Shown: one piece after another, positions 11,841 through 24,236 of the stretch
How the letters are laid out: each line of letters starts with the position of its first letter
Position numbering within the stretch: position 1 is the first letter of the stretch
DNA from: Phoronis australis
Taxonomy: Eukaryota > Animalia > Phoronida
Reading direction: 5' to 3'
Length of the DNA: 64,000 nucleotides
NCBI GenBank assembly: GCA_002633005.1
Contig: NMRA01000113.1
Coordinates: 812,556-876,555, forward strand
Position numbers and translations under genes: made by a program
Notes under the pieces: generated by a model
The model's database searches: none
What the model saw: the letters and a program-made list of their open reading frames with translations, nothing else
Told to the model about the DNA's origin: nothing

Positions 11841-13559
11841 TAACATATAGGCACTTCCTTTGGGTCAACACTGCAAGAAATGGTGGCCTCTCCTACAGCA
11901 CTAACACATACATTGTGACATTGTGACAGTGGTGACTCGTTCTCACCTCCTTGATTAAATTCCATACAATGGGCTTTAATTTTGGAGCTGCAACAACACA
12001 AAAAGACAAATTTTTGTAACAGAACTCTGCAAAGGGGCTTCTTTCATATGTAGTGTACACTTTTAAGTAGAGGCTATTTTTACTCAATTTCAATTCAATA
12101 ATAATGACTTTATAAAGTTTAAAACTTATACTACTACAAAAGACGTTAGAAAATCAACAAAAGTGTAGTTTAAGCTCCCAACAAACGTGTCCCTTTAAAT
12201 ACTTCTTACTCTGTGAAAGGGTGTATTTCATCTTACTCCCTATCACAAAGGGTGGGCATCTCAATTTCCCAGTGACATCCCATCAAAAACAGTCAAGTAC
12301 CTCTCCCTGATCAAGCCAGCAGTGATCCCCATAAAAGATCAGCTGATAAGACAGTTCCTTAGGGAAGAGTACAGACTAGTAATTAACAGACTCTCCATAG
12401 GTCAGGTGTCCATCAAAGTAAACCTTATTGCCAAAAGGTCAAACCCAACATTGTTAATTTCTGCAAATGACACTCCATGCTGGACACTGTCTACTCAGTA
12501 TTGATTGAACAAAAGGTGTTTTCCAAGAAATAAAGGCCACCACAAGAGCACAGACAACAAATTACTGCAGAAAATCAATGGTGCTTAATTACATCTTCTT
12601 ACCAGACAAGCATAAGCTGCACAGCCAGCTCATTGACCACTATACCAATATTTAGACAGATCAGACCAGGAGCTCAGTCAAATTTTAGAATGATTAAGAG
12701 AGTGCAATGACCTGGCTTTCAGGAAGAAGGGTATTGCATAACTTACAGGAGGTGAACTGAAGTCCACTAGCCAGTGTGATAGGCACTGCATGGTGTCACT
12801 GGTACTTTGTCAAAGGTACTAGTCAAAGTAAAGTCAATAAAAGTGGTCAAAAGAGGGTGTGCTCACTCAACCCACTGGTATTTTACATGATTTGTAAGCC
12901 TGTGAAATTCAACACTATCTCAGCAACAATGACCTTTGGAGTGAGTTGTGGTTATATTGAGCTGGTACACTAATAGCCATTTTGTGGTTGTGCACACTAA
13001 CTATTTATCACATTTGAAGCAATCAATAAACATTCCATGATTAGAAACCTTGGCGATTATTATGTAAAATCTCAGCCAATTTCAGATAGCTAAAATACAT
13101 CTTTTTATATTTTTCAGAGCTTATATAAAGTACAGTTCTCACCAAAAGTTCCACAGGAGTAACATTATTTACTAACTGCAAGCACCACAACTTCCCACTG
13201 AATGGTTTCACTACAACACTAAATTTAATGAGGGAATAACATTTACTCCTCTTCAAAACATGGGATTAGAGCCTGCAATATTAGTCCAGCGTTGGTGTGA
13301 ACGCTTAATCCACCACAGTATAAAACTGGTAGGTCACTGATCGGTCGGGCTGGTAGTAGTGGAACATCCGTTTAATAACATATTTTAACTTTTTATATGG
13401 AAACCTAACTGACCTTAATGACTGTGTTCAGTTTGTACAAATATATAAGGGTTTGACATTAATGTGTGTCTGATTGTATAGAACAATAAAAAATTAGTTG
13501 TGGACAAGTTGAATTTCCAAGCTCGTGTCCAAATGGACAACATAAAAATAATCATAGTT

Positions 13560-13671
13560 GGGTAATAGTCGGCTATAACATGCCCACATTTTGAGAACCA
13601 GTTTGATGCCCGTTATTCAATGGAGAAAACTGATTCTCAAAATGCAGGCACATTACATTTAACAGCTACCC
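13560..13671. mobile_element. Short hairpin MITE
   Basis: Inverted arms CATTTTGAGAACCAGTTT/AAACTGATTCTCAAAATG. Related copies at 39992-40098 and 45730-45850. Confidence 0.65.
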
Positions 13672-16600
13672 ATAGTCCTGCATTAAACTTCAAGTAATCT
13701 CATTTTAAATGCATACATGCCCATAGTACTTTATACACCCACCATGCGATGTACAATGCATCAAAAAGGCTTCCGATGAGTGACTTCAAGTGGAACTTGC
13801 ATGCTAATTCCTTATCTCTGAGATTGCTTAGTCAAAATAGTTAGAAACACAACATATAGCGATGATGTGAATATGAAATAGGTTGAAAATTGCCAAATGT
13901 TTTTAAGAAGGAGTTTTGTGTCACAAGTGATCCTCCATAAATCACTCAACTGTGTCCAGTAACTATCAACGTGGTGTTGGGGAGTAACACTACATGATGC
14001 ACGTTATGTGAGACCCCCCCAGGTACGTCATTAGTGCAAAGGTCACCTATTTGTAGATTTTTTTGTTTTCACATTTACAAGTTGCCAATGAATACAACTG
14101 GACTTTGTTTAGCCTAGATGATGTTCAAATAGCATTGTCGTTTAGTTCCTACTATACATTAACATAGCATACAAATACATCTTTAATGGCGACTTCTCAG
14201 GACTACCTCCCTGACTTGATGATGGCACAAATTAAATTAGATAAATGCCGAACTAACTTGATACAGCACTTGCTATTGATCCCTTCAAGACAGCCATAAA
14301 TAAAACACGAAGTTTCAAAGCAACCTAGTTTACAGGAGTGCATAATTTGGTGACAATATTTGAAGAAAATGGTTGCTTTCAAATCTGCATTTCTTGTAAG
14401 ATCATAGATTATACACATAGCATTTTCTCACATGACCTGGAATGTGTTATGACATGACTGGTTAATAACACCAAGTACGTACTAATTTTTTTGATATTAC
14501 ATGGGCGAATCACAAAGTATAGCTAAGTAGAAATCCATACGCCCTACATTTTATCGTCTGCAAAACACTAAAACAACCAAACACGTGCCAACCAAACAAT
14601 GCCGTAATTCCGAGGTGACAAGGTTACAATTGACAAATCAGGTGTCACAACTGTACGTACTCCCAGACGGAAGGACATGCAAACAACTTTTTAAACGGAC
14701 CCATCTTCGGCGGCGAATTCCATATTCACGTTCATTCAAACGGAGATAAGACCCAACTCAAGAAACGTGGCGAGACTGTCTAGCTGTGCTGTCTCAAGGT
14801 CAATTCAGTGTTCACGCGAGGGGAAGCCTTGCTGACTGTTATATTTATAAACATTTTTTAAGTTTTAATATTACAACTTCAAAGACTATTTATTAGATTC
14901 TAACTTGAATATTTGCTACGAAAGATGAATGCAATTTACAATTGTTCAGCTTAAAATAAAACTATTAACAAAAAGTAACCGAATTACTTTACAATGCGCA
15001 AGCGTGTTTTTACAAAAGTTTGGTCATGTGGTTGAAAGTTTTTCGGCAAAAAAGATCATTTTTACGATTAATGTGAGAAAACAAATCCTACACTCATCTC
15101 AGATTGATGACAAGGGCAAAACCTCTTGGAAATTTTTGTCAAAATCCCTCGTAAAGCCTCCAAGAGGTTTTGCCAATGTCATAAATCTGAGACTCGTGTA
15201 AGATTCTCTATATTCTATGCATCTGTTCAGAACCAAGAAGTGAGAACCCTCGCACATAAGACATTGACAAGGATCAAAAATTACAAGATATTGAAATTAG
15301 CTGCAGCGGTGATCCGTATGGAGAAATCAACTATGCCGTCCGATAACCGAAAAGCCAATACATCAACGTGATGAATGGACTTTTTTGAAGTCAGCTTTTA
15401 GTTACACAAGATTTGAAAAGGTTTTAGGGCGAATCACACTCTCTTTTCAAACTCTCTGAAAATCAGACTACTTTCCAACTATAAAATACATAATAGTATG
15501 TTTGAAAAGTGTTAATTATCCTACCAATGACCAAGACTCTAAAGAAACCAATACATGTATAACAACTCTACTTATACAATAGTTACGCATTAATTGAAAA
15601 TTTTGGAAAACTTATTTTGGATTCAGTCACATTGAAGTAGAGTTCTCTGAAAGGACAACTAGTCTAAAAGGTGAATTTAGAGACCTGTTTATTACATGAT
15701 GAATAAATTTATTATCATTTTAAAATTTTGTCTGCAATTGGAGCTCATTCCAGAACACAAATACCTTTCAGGCGTTAGTAAACTTGACACCCAAAAATCA
15801 ACAGGGACCTTAATGCTGTATCCCAAAATCGGACCCTGTGCGCATAGGAAAACCCCTGAATGTCAAATTTTCCTACTGCCTCATCATCATACATTTGTCT
15901 AGTATGAACAAAATTTGTTTCGTTAAATAGGCTTGTAGTTTCTAAAATCCGAACAAATATCCCAGCAGTGAGCTGATCGTTAATTTATTTGGCAGCTTAC
16001 ATAAGTAGCAGATATGGAAATCAGGTTGCCAGGTTGTAATGCTTGGCTCTGTGCTACTGTTCATGTGCAAAGTGTGTGGTTTTGTAGGCAAGTTAAGGTT
16101 GTCTGCCTCAGCTAGATGTCAGCACTTGTGTGTTGGCAAAGCATTTTTTGGTACTTTATTTTGGAAAAATGTGGAGGGTAACAATTCACCATCAGGTGCA
16201 TCTGTTGTAAATCTGGGATCAGTGTCACGAGATAGTGGTTTCAAACCAGGTTGAGACTGTTGGTTGAAGGTATAGTTACCGGTTCTGAGACAGCATCCGG
16301 CAAATGAGACTGCTGGTTAACTTTATAGTAAACTGTACTGTGACAGAGTTAGATGAACGAGGCTGTTAGTTGTGGCTTCACAGTTACCAGTTCTGAGACA
16401 GTGTCTGGCAAATGCACCTTCATGTTGTTAAAACAGTAGGGCATTCTGGAATGAGCTTCAAGGAACACTGTAGCCACTTTATAAGTGCCACACAATTTAT
16501 CTAACTCTGAAAACAACCCAAAGGGTTAGAGTCGAAATTCCTTTGAATGGTCAACACTTGCAATTTCTCAATACTGGTTTACATAAGTTACAGCAAATCA

Positions 16601-17346
16601 ACAAACTTATGATATGCTCAGGAATTTGATCATCTGGAGTAGGTGATGGGGCTACTCGGAGGGAAGCGGTCCATCACTCACAAAAAATTGCCATGGTCCA
16701 CTGATGAACGAAGGAAAAATAGAACACAGATGTGCTATTGGTCATCAAATGGTTTAGTGAAAAAAACAAGGCGGTTCTTAATGATCAACAACAACTTCAT
16801 GGCTGCAATACCATGTTTGAGTGCAGTTGTCATAGTGAATTACCGTCCACTTCATATGCAAAACTTAAATTCGGATAATGTGACATCCCAGCCAATAAAT
16901 TCATCAAGCAATACGCTCTATGTTCTGGTTTTTTTTTACTTTCAATCATGCAGAGCTACTTGTAATTTTGCTTATGTTTTGAAATTTCTTTTAGTTGTTT
17001 TGTAACTTTGTTGTTATGTTTTGTAATCTGTTTATAAGTTTTATACATCATGGTTCTGATTAATGTTTTGAACTCCTTTTCCGATTCTGACAATCCCCTG
17101 TGTCTACGGATTTAAAGAATAATATGATTGAAAGCACATTTTGTCATGAACAATACCACTAGTATGAACAGATGAAAGGTGCCAATACTTCATTAACTTC
17201 ACAAATGTCAACCTTAAAGGCAATTTTCCATACATCTGTACAACTAAAATACTGGAACTTTGTTACTGAACAAGAATGATCAACTTAGGGGCATGAAGTA
17301 AAACTCCAACTTTGCCTTCCATATTACTTATTTTCACAGCACTTAC

Positions 17347-17487
17347 TCAAATCGTTTCAAAAATGTAATTTTTCAGTGTAAATGACTTCACTTCAATGTG
17401 GAGAAGTGCCGTGGCAGGCCAGGAGAGGAAATTGTTGTCAGATGAGTGTTGGCCATAGTGTAACAAAATTGCAGAGGTGTGTCCTGA
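17347..17487 (-). other. Candidate exon (141 nt) of minus-strand transcript containing a short uORF (MANTHLTTISSPGLPRHFSTLK*)
   Basis: Acceptor CCCCATTTCACAG and donor GTAAGT, in non-repetitive sequence. Confidence 0.5.
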
Positions 17488-17579
17488 CTGTGAAATGGGG
17501 TATTTCTTTAAAGCATTGGTGAAAACTAATCCAGAGTTAAGGTCCACGTTTGTTCTAATTACTGACACTTTTTTTGCTT

Positions 17580-17815
17580 TTTGTTTGCACTCTACAGGTC
17601 GTCACAATTTTTGTTCGACTCACACGAAATTTACACACAACCTGTATCACCAGGAGTGGTCGAAAACCGTTGTTTTTGGTCATACTCCGATTCAGGATGG
17701 CAGACATGGTGGCCATTTTGTTTTCAAATTCAGATTCAAATGCTCATGGGGGCCGCAATTTTTGACGTACACGGCTGAAAATCAGTACGATTATTGTACC
17801 AGACGTGTTCTACTT
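17580..17815 (-). mobile_element. Fragment of Helentron-associated (HINE/DINE-1-like) element
   Basis: Diverged reverse complement of ~37545-37775. Confidence 0.7.
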
Positions 17816-17927
17816 CTAGTTCATGCATGACCTCAAACCTGGGGCAAGGTGGAAGGTTTTCTGTTGCATGCCACACTCACACATAGGTTTCATTGTCACA
17901 AACAGCAACATCCTCCACCTTAACCTA

Positions 17928-20154
17928 CCGTAATCGTTCGGGTTAACGCCCATGCTCAGTTAACCGCCCATCCCCGACTTTAAGTGGATTTTCGATTTAA
18001 CCGCCCACTGCTCAGTTAAGCGCCCCCCTGCAATTTTTGAAGATTTCCAGTTAAGCGCCGCCCATCCCCGACTTTTAAAGAATGAAGATTTAGCGCCTAT
18101 TGCTAAGGAAACGCGCGATTCCCCGACTTTTAGAAAAAGATCGATGATCACAATGAGTGCAATGACGCCGGGACTCCGAGACGGTGGTTTAGCAATCTGA
18201 ATTACAATACAGGTAACGAGTTGTTGTCTTGGGTCATGAACTAACTTCAAAATATAATACTTGAACCTTTTTGTCACTTTATTTTCTTCCCTTGTTTGCA
18301 AAGTTTAAGAACGCCGGCGGCGTCAAAACCTCCGCTTTCAGCGACTTTGTCTGCCGCGCTGAGTTTCCGTCTGCAGTGCACTATATAAAACATATATTCG
18401 AAAAAATCAGGCCAGAGAAATGTGACAATGGTTTTGCCAACCCTCCAAATTCTATTAAGGTGGGAAGCTCTCGTATTTTGAACAAATCTCATAACTCACG
18501 GAAAGATGTCAAATTCTCAATATATTGATGAATATAACTGCCGGGTTATAGAGGATGTGGGGCGACCGAAGGGACAGTACAAGTGCCTTACTGGGTTACC
18601 GATTTCGTTGCTGCCTGTCGATTTCTGAATTCAAACGTTGGCAATAATGTATGTTTGTGTATGATCTTGAAGTAATAAAAAAGCGAGTCAAATTTTTTGT
18701 TTTTCGCTTATTGCATCTCAGTCAAACTGGTTAGCAGATTTAACTAATGTCGCTGGCTGTTCTTTACTATTTCTTGCGTCAGCCCCCACGTAAGCGTGAC
18801 TGTGTGAATTATCGTTTCCACATCCCCTTTTTAGCCATCCAGAATAATTTTGTTTATACATTGGCCATTTTCAGCCTGAACAAAAATTCTTACCATTCGA
18901 GTCTGAAATATCTACGACGTAGACTGCTTGACGATAGTGGGTAGGAGATTCACACAGCTAGTCACGACAGGGATGGGCTTAGGGAGCATCGAGCCGGGAA
19001 ATATGGCAATAGACTTGACATCGCAGTTTTGGGGAACATTGGCAACGGAGGAATATCGTAAAGAACTGGGTCTTTCGTAACAACAGCTAAAAGCACATAG
19101 TCACGCCCGTTTTTGTTACTTCGGACTGTCGCTATGTGTGACTGATTTGTAGTGGTGCACGTGCGCAAGTTCCCACACTTTGGAGTGCATGTTACCTTGA
19201 CACCAACATGTGATTGACAGGTGACTCACACGTAGGCCCTACGTGCGTGCTGAATACCGCCACTATCTTTGGCCATAAAAAACGAGATGCATATTGAAAG
19301 AGGCCGTTATATTACTTGACGGCATTTCCAAGTCACGATTGTCAGCCGACTGAGACATTGCGCGATAACAGCGGGACCGAACAGTGCCGCAGTGCGATAT
19401 TACAAGTGATATAAATAGGATAATCTGGACATCTTGCATGAAAAATAAATGTTTTTCCACCACGAAGTTTGGTAAGGTGATCGTTTAGAATAATGAATTG
19501 AAACATTGCTGTTTTCTGACATTTTGTAACATATTTATGCAGTTGCTTGAAATTTTCTTCTTGATCGACTACTGGCTCGACCACCCTTTTATTACAACCA
19601 GTTTTAAAACTGCTCTCTGACACAGAACTTGACAGCTACATATAGTACGAGACTGTAACCAAATTTGATGAACTCTGCAACACGTGAAGCTAGCACGCGC
19701 GCACTTAAGCAGGGTCACATCTTAATTGAAACAGTTTAATTCTAGTGGAGGCTGCGTGGTGACTGGTCGTCTGCGCACCGCAGGACGGCACGGGGCTATT
19801 ACTCAGCAATTTTGTAAATTTAATAGTGAATGACTAATCTGGGCAAGAGAACCTTTGTTGGGATCATCTGCTGTTATGACGTTTTCACTGTCATTTGGCG
19901 ACGTGACGATAAAGCTCTTTGAAAAAGGCTACGCGTTCCGAGTATGATTGTAGTGTCGGGATTTAGATCGCCAGGTAAGATTAACCGCCCAGGGCGGTTG
20001 TCTGTCGTAATAAGCGCCCATGTTCAGTTAACCGCCCATCCCCTACTTTAGGTGGATTTTCGATTTAACCGCCCACTGCTCGGTTAACCGCCCTCCCCCG
20101 ATTTTTTGGATTCGCCAATTTAACCGCCCAGGGCGTTAACCCGAACGATTACGG
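17928..20154. mobile_element. Non-autonomous DNA transposon, family A, second copy
   Basis: TA|CCGTAATCGTTCGGGTTAACGCCC ... GGGCGTTAACCCGAACGATTACGG|TA. The first ~600 and last ~250 bp are homologous to 6006-7733, while the central part differs. Confidence 0.9.
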
Positions 20155-21707
20155 TAGTTACCGCTCCACTTAAAGTGGGGTAAGTTGCAAGTTGTTCAAG
20201 GGTAGGCTGTGTGGATGGTACTTTAAACAAAACTTCTTTTTCAACAGGACTGGTCTTGCAAATGCTTTCAGTCAGACCGACAAAACCATAATCTATGACC
20301 CAAATCAAGATTGTCAAAAGGCCATAAAATACAAGAATGGCAGACCTATTTTTCCATATTGGGCAAGCTTTCAGTGCCAAAGGAACAAACTCGAATCACC
20401 CGACAATGGAAATTAGAAGTCGAAGTACTTCGAGGCTTTTGTATTTCATACAAAATGAGTTAGTGAACTGACATTAGACACAAGATTTTTTTCTTGTGAA
20501 ATTTGCTCCAAATCATTCTTGGGCATCAATACGGTATTTGACCAGAGTAGACAATGCCACACTGAAGTTTTATAGCAGGAAGTTCTTCAATGTTCAAGTT
20601 AAAAATGTTTGAACAGCGGAAAAAAAGGGGGAATTGATTTATGTTGTTTGTATCTTCAAGAGCTTTGATGACATTCCTATGACAGACCCAGAATTTTGGT
20701 GGGTATTTTTTCAACACGTGTTTTCTCCAATTTCAAATTGCAAACTTAGCTACTCGAATACATCTATCGATAAGAGAGCGCCAACTTAACTTGTGTGTCG
20801 GCAACTAGCCTTAGTCACAAGAAATCCTGGATACGATCGCCCGGTGTACAGCCAGAGATGGGGTTGCTGGCAACTGCGATGACTAAAAAAACCGAAACGC
20901 CTGCTCAGCACCCATACGAGTAATACGAGTGAGGTCAAATTTTTTGTATATTACTTTTCCCACTTGTTTTCAAGCATTTACTTGCTGTTGTCAAGCCTTA
21001 CATGTATATCAGTTTAGCAATGATTCTTGAATGACGGCCATGTTGGCCTTGAAAACGTATTGATACCACCTGATCGTAAAAACGTTATTTTGTCTGGTTG
21101 TTTTTCATTCACACTTTGCTTCTTACGACTCACAATGGAAATGCCATTGAAGGCACTGGGAACCCTTTACTAACAGGCTTTAATAAGAATTGACAGTAGT
21201 GAATGTACCTTTCTTCTTTGTTAAATTTTCCTAAAAGAGCAGTCATGTGACCGAATTAGTGACAGATTGGTAAAGTCAAAAATCAAATTCTACAGAATTT
21301 CTACTTTAAGAAAATAATACTTATGCCGAGTTCAATTCCATAGTTTTGTAACTATTTGTCTAAATGTACAGGCTTGCTTTGGTAATATAAACTTATTTTA
21401 TGACCACTCGTTGGTTCGGTCATGTTGGTGGTCTTGGTGTCATTTTGCCCAATAACTGTCCCACTGAACAGTTGTGTGGACTAACTGCAATAACATAATC
21501 ATACAATGTGTAATCTCATCAATTCTGAACAAAAATAATTGTCAAATTACCCTTTTCGAGGACTTCCTACATTATTTTGAATTCTGACAATTTTTTTTTA
21601 AGTATTGTTTGGTGGTAGCTCTGGTACAGAATTTGAATATGGAAAAGGATTAATTTGGTATCTCAAATCCTTCACCCAAATTACGGGTTGGTGCTAGCCT
21701 GAGCAAT

Positions 21708-22668
21708 GAGGGCCCTCACTCACTTGAGGGGAAAGGTGCCTGTACCTCCTAAAAGAGGAATTTTCACGGCGTTTTTTACTAAAAGGGTAATATTGGAGTT
21801 CCTTTTACTTGTAGGGGATATTTATGTGTTGTTTATTTTCTGCACTGCTTTTTGCGACAATACTCTTTTATGCTTTCACAAATAAGCAAGTATCAACTTT
21901 AAGGTCAACAATAAAAAGCAAGCCACTCTTACATCAAACATTTATTTGTACAAGAGCCAGTGTAGACGACCTTGTGTCACATAGCTGATTCATCATCCAA
22001 GCCACGCCTTCAGCGTCCACATGTGATGTATTACCGTTGTGACACTGTTTGGCTTATGAAGGCAATACCTATCTTTATAATCTCTCACAACAGTACAGTC
22101 AACAGTGCTACACTTCCTTAAGTTTGACCATTCAGTCCTTCTTCCACCTCAGCAAAGAAGAGCAATGCTGACTGTTGTTGGCAACTGTGTCAGTAAATAA
22201 TACTGATGAGATAGCTGCTCAGACATGGTCTGCTTGAGACTGCTTCTGAGAAGAGTGCACAGCAAGTTCATCAGTGAAAACGCACCTTCCTGTGTATGTT
22301 TCTGTGACCGACGCATGGCTTTTCGTATTTCTTTTCTCGTAGAACTTGTTTATGTTCCATTTTGAGCCGCAGACAAACGCAAGCTGTCTTTTAGTTTTGC
22401 GAGTATGACATAATGAAAAACTGGTTCTAGGACACCTGTATGAGGCACCTTCTTTATAGGGAAACCAGTTTGTGATGTTTCCGGTGTCTGGGCGTCTCCT
22501 AATTAAAATCAGTGCGTTTGAATATGATATTTTTAAGGTTGTCCGAAGTTAAAATCATGAGGGAAATTTTTAAACGTTCAGAGGGGAATTTTGCGTGATT
22601 TTTAAATATTTTTGAGAGGGAAATGGGGTCAATATGTCAGCCACAATTTTGAGGGAGCGAGGGCCCTG
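21708..22668. mobile_element. hAT-like MITE
   Basis: TIR (C/G)AGGGCCCTC(A/G)CTC with no clear TSD. A truncated 5' end of the same family sits at ~39677-39730. Confidence 0.65.
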
Positions 22669-22681
22669 AGTGGACACTTAC

Positions 22682-22802
22682 TTAAAATTCTCAAAGGCCC
22701 TTAGCTGAGCCGTGGGCACCTAATCCAAAAAATTTCAGAAGTAGGGGATGGGAGCTTACAGAGCGCGGACGTAAACTCAAATGTTTGCGATAGTTTGTAC
22801 AC
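22682..22802 (-). other. Candidate exon (121 nt) containing the stop of the 59-aa ORF
   Basis: Acceptor TTAGAATTTGTAG and donor GTAAGT. In phase with exon 22945-22994, giving ...GVQTIANI* (TGA at 22779-22777). Confidence 0.45.
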
Positions 22803-22944
22803 CTACAAATTCTAACATTTTGCGCAGCCATGTAAATCTTTAACTAAGTTGTACAGTGTATGTTTTCCGAGACAATTATTTGCCAAATTTCACATGAATT
22901 AAAATAATACACTTAACATAGTTGGGTAAATTCTAAGAAATTAC

Positions 22945-22994
22945 CTTTGAATGATTTTACTGTATCAGTTGAATGCGGAACAGCCAAACGAAGC
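22945..22994 (-). other. Candidate exon (50 nt), LRLAVPHSTDTVKSFK
   Basis: Acceptor TTGATTTTTCAG and donor AAG|GTAATT. Phase-compatible with exon 24048-24236. Confidence 0.55.
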
Positions 22995-23610
22995 CTGAAA
23001 AATCAATAAATTGGACATTAAAGGGTAGGGTATCATGATGATCAAAGTAGACAGAGATTAGAAAACAGGTTGCACACAATAAACTAAAAAACATGCTACG
23101 CTAGTTTAAGGTCACTTTTCAATCTCAAGCTAAGCTCACTTCGACATTAACACCAACTGATGAAAACAAAGCATTTAAAACACCTGAAAAGGGCCCCATG
23201 CACTGCAAAATGTTAGTCAACACGAGACAGACAACTTGAACATTTCCAAGCTACCACAACACAACTCACACACTCATAAACATGGCTTGCAGACCAATGA
23301 GCACGACTTAAGCATCCCAAAAATGGGTTGACCATTGATTCACATGCCTAAGAATCCCGTGCGTGAATCAGCTGAGTCTGTGACACATGTTTACAGTCCA
23401 GAAGCTATGCTTTTCGGCTGCTATGAAAATGCGTGAAAGCACTCCGATCCCACTTTTCATGCAGTGGAGGAGACCTGTGGTAACGGTTTGAAATGTCGCC
23501 TACATCAGCGTGATCTCTTACATTTTTACAATGGACTCTTTAAGTTAAACGTTTCCGATTTAAGTGCTCATCTGTGGGTTAAGCTCCCACTTGCCAATTT
23601 CCAGGCTCAC

Positions 23611-23695
23611 CAATTTAAGTACCCAGGGTGCGAATGTTCACAGTAAGCCTATATCTTCAGGGCCTGGCGTCATTTATTGATCTGGCGCCGCTTTT
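23611..23695 (-). other. Candidate poison/cassette exon (85 nt, stops in all three frames)
   Basis: Acceptor CAGTTGTTACAG and donor TTG|GTGAGC. TGA, TAA and TGA close frames 0, 1 and 2. Confidence 0.4.
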
Positions 23696-24047
23696 CTGTA
23701 ACAACTGTGTAATGTAACCAAGAAGTTGTGATGAAAAAATGACCAATCACAGAGCCATGTATTACGAGGTTACAGTTCACAAAGCTTACGCTCACCTCTG
23801 AAAATACATAGGCAGGGGTAACTGGTATAGGGGTAAAACTAGCCATATTCAAAGCACCACTCCACCCTTAATATCGGTGTAATTTTCAACTTGGTTGATA
23901 AATTAACATTTACTATTTAAACCGCATTGGAGAACACTTCAAAATATGCAAAAATAGTGACCCCTTCTTGGTAATTTCCTTTTGCTTTAATTTATATTAA
24001 ATTTAATTATGGTGAACACATGCCGATGTTTTATGTCACAAAATAAC

Positions 24048-24236
24048 CCTTGGTGATACAAAGCATCCAGCAAAATGGCTCGTTGTGGAATTTTAAACAC
24101 AACCAAACCTGGTTTTGCTCCACTAACAGATATTGAAAAGGACTTTCCCATCCTGTCCTTTGAAACAATATAGTGCTCTGCAACACTCCAAAACCTTCAA
24201 AACTTTGGAACAAAATCTGAAAACTCCTCACCAAGT
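24048..24236 (-). other. Candidate exon (189 nt) with end of uORF1 and strong-Kozak ATG at 24151
   Basis: Acceptor CTTTTCCATTTAACAG. ACAGGATGG starts MGKSFSISVSGAKPGLVVFKIPQRAILLDALYHQG. The donor GG|GTTATT is weak. Confidence 0.5.

Noticed and set aside
15995-16850. Pro/Ser/Thr-rich decayed reading frame on the minus strand with an internal ~30-bp repeat
   Set aside because: It has multiple stops and no recognisable domain, so no call can be supported.
22200-22230. Hammerhead ribozyme core (CTGATGAG...CTC)
   Set aside because: The required GAAA after stem II is absent. The other CTGATGA sites checked (e.g. ~30405, ~50662) also fail.
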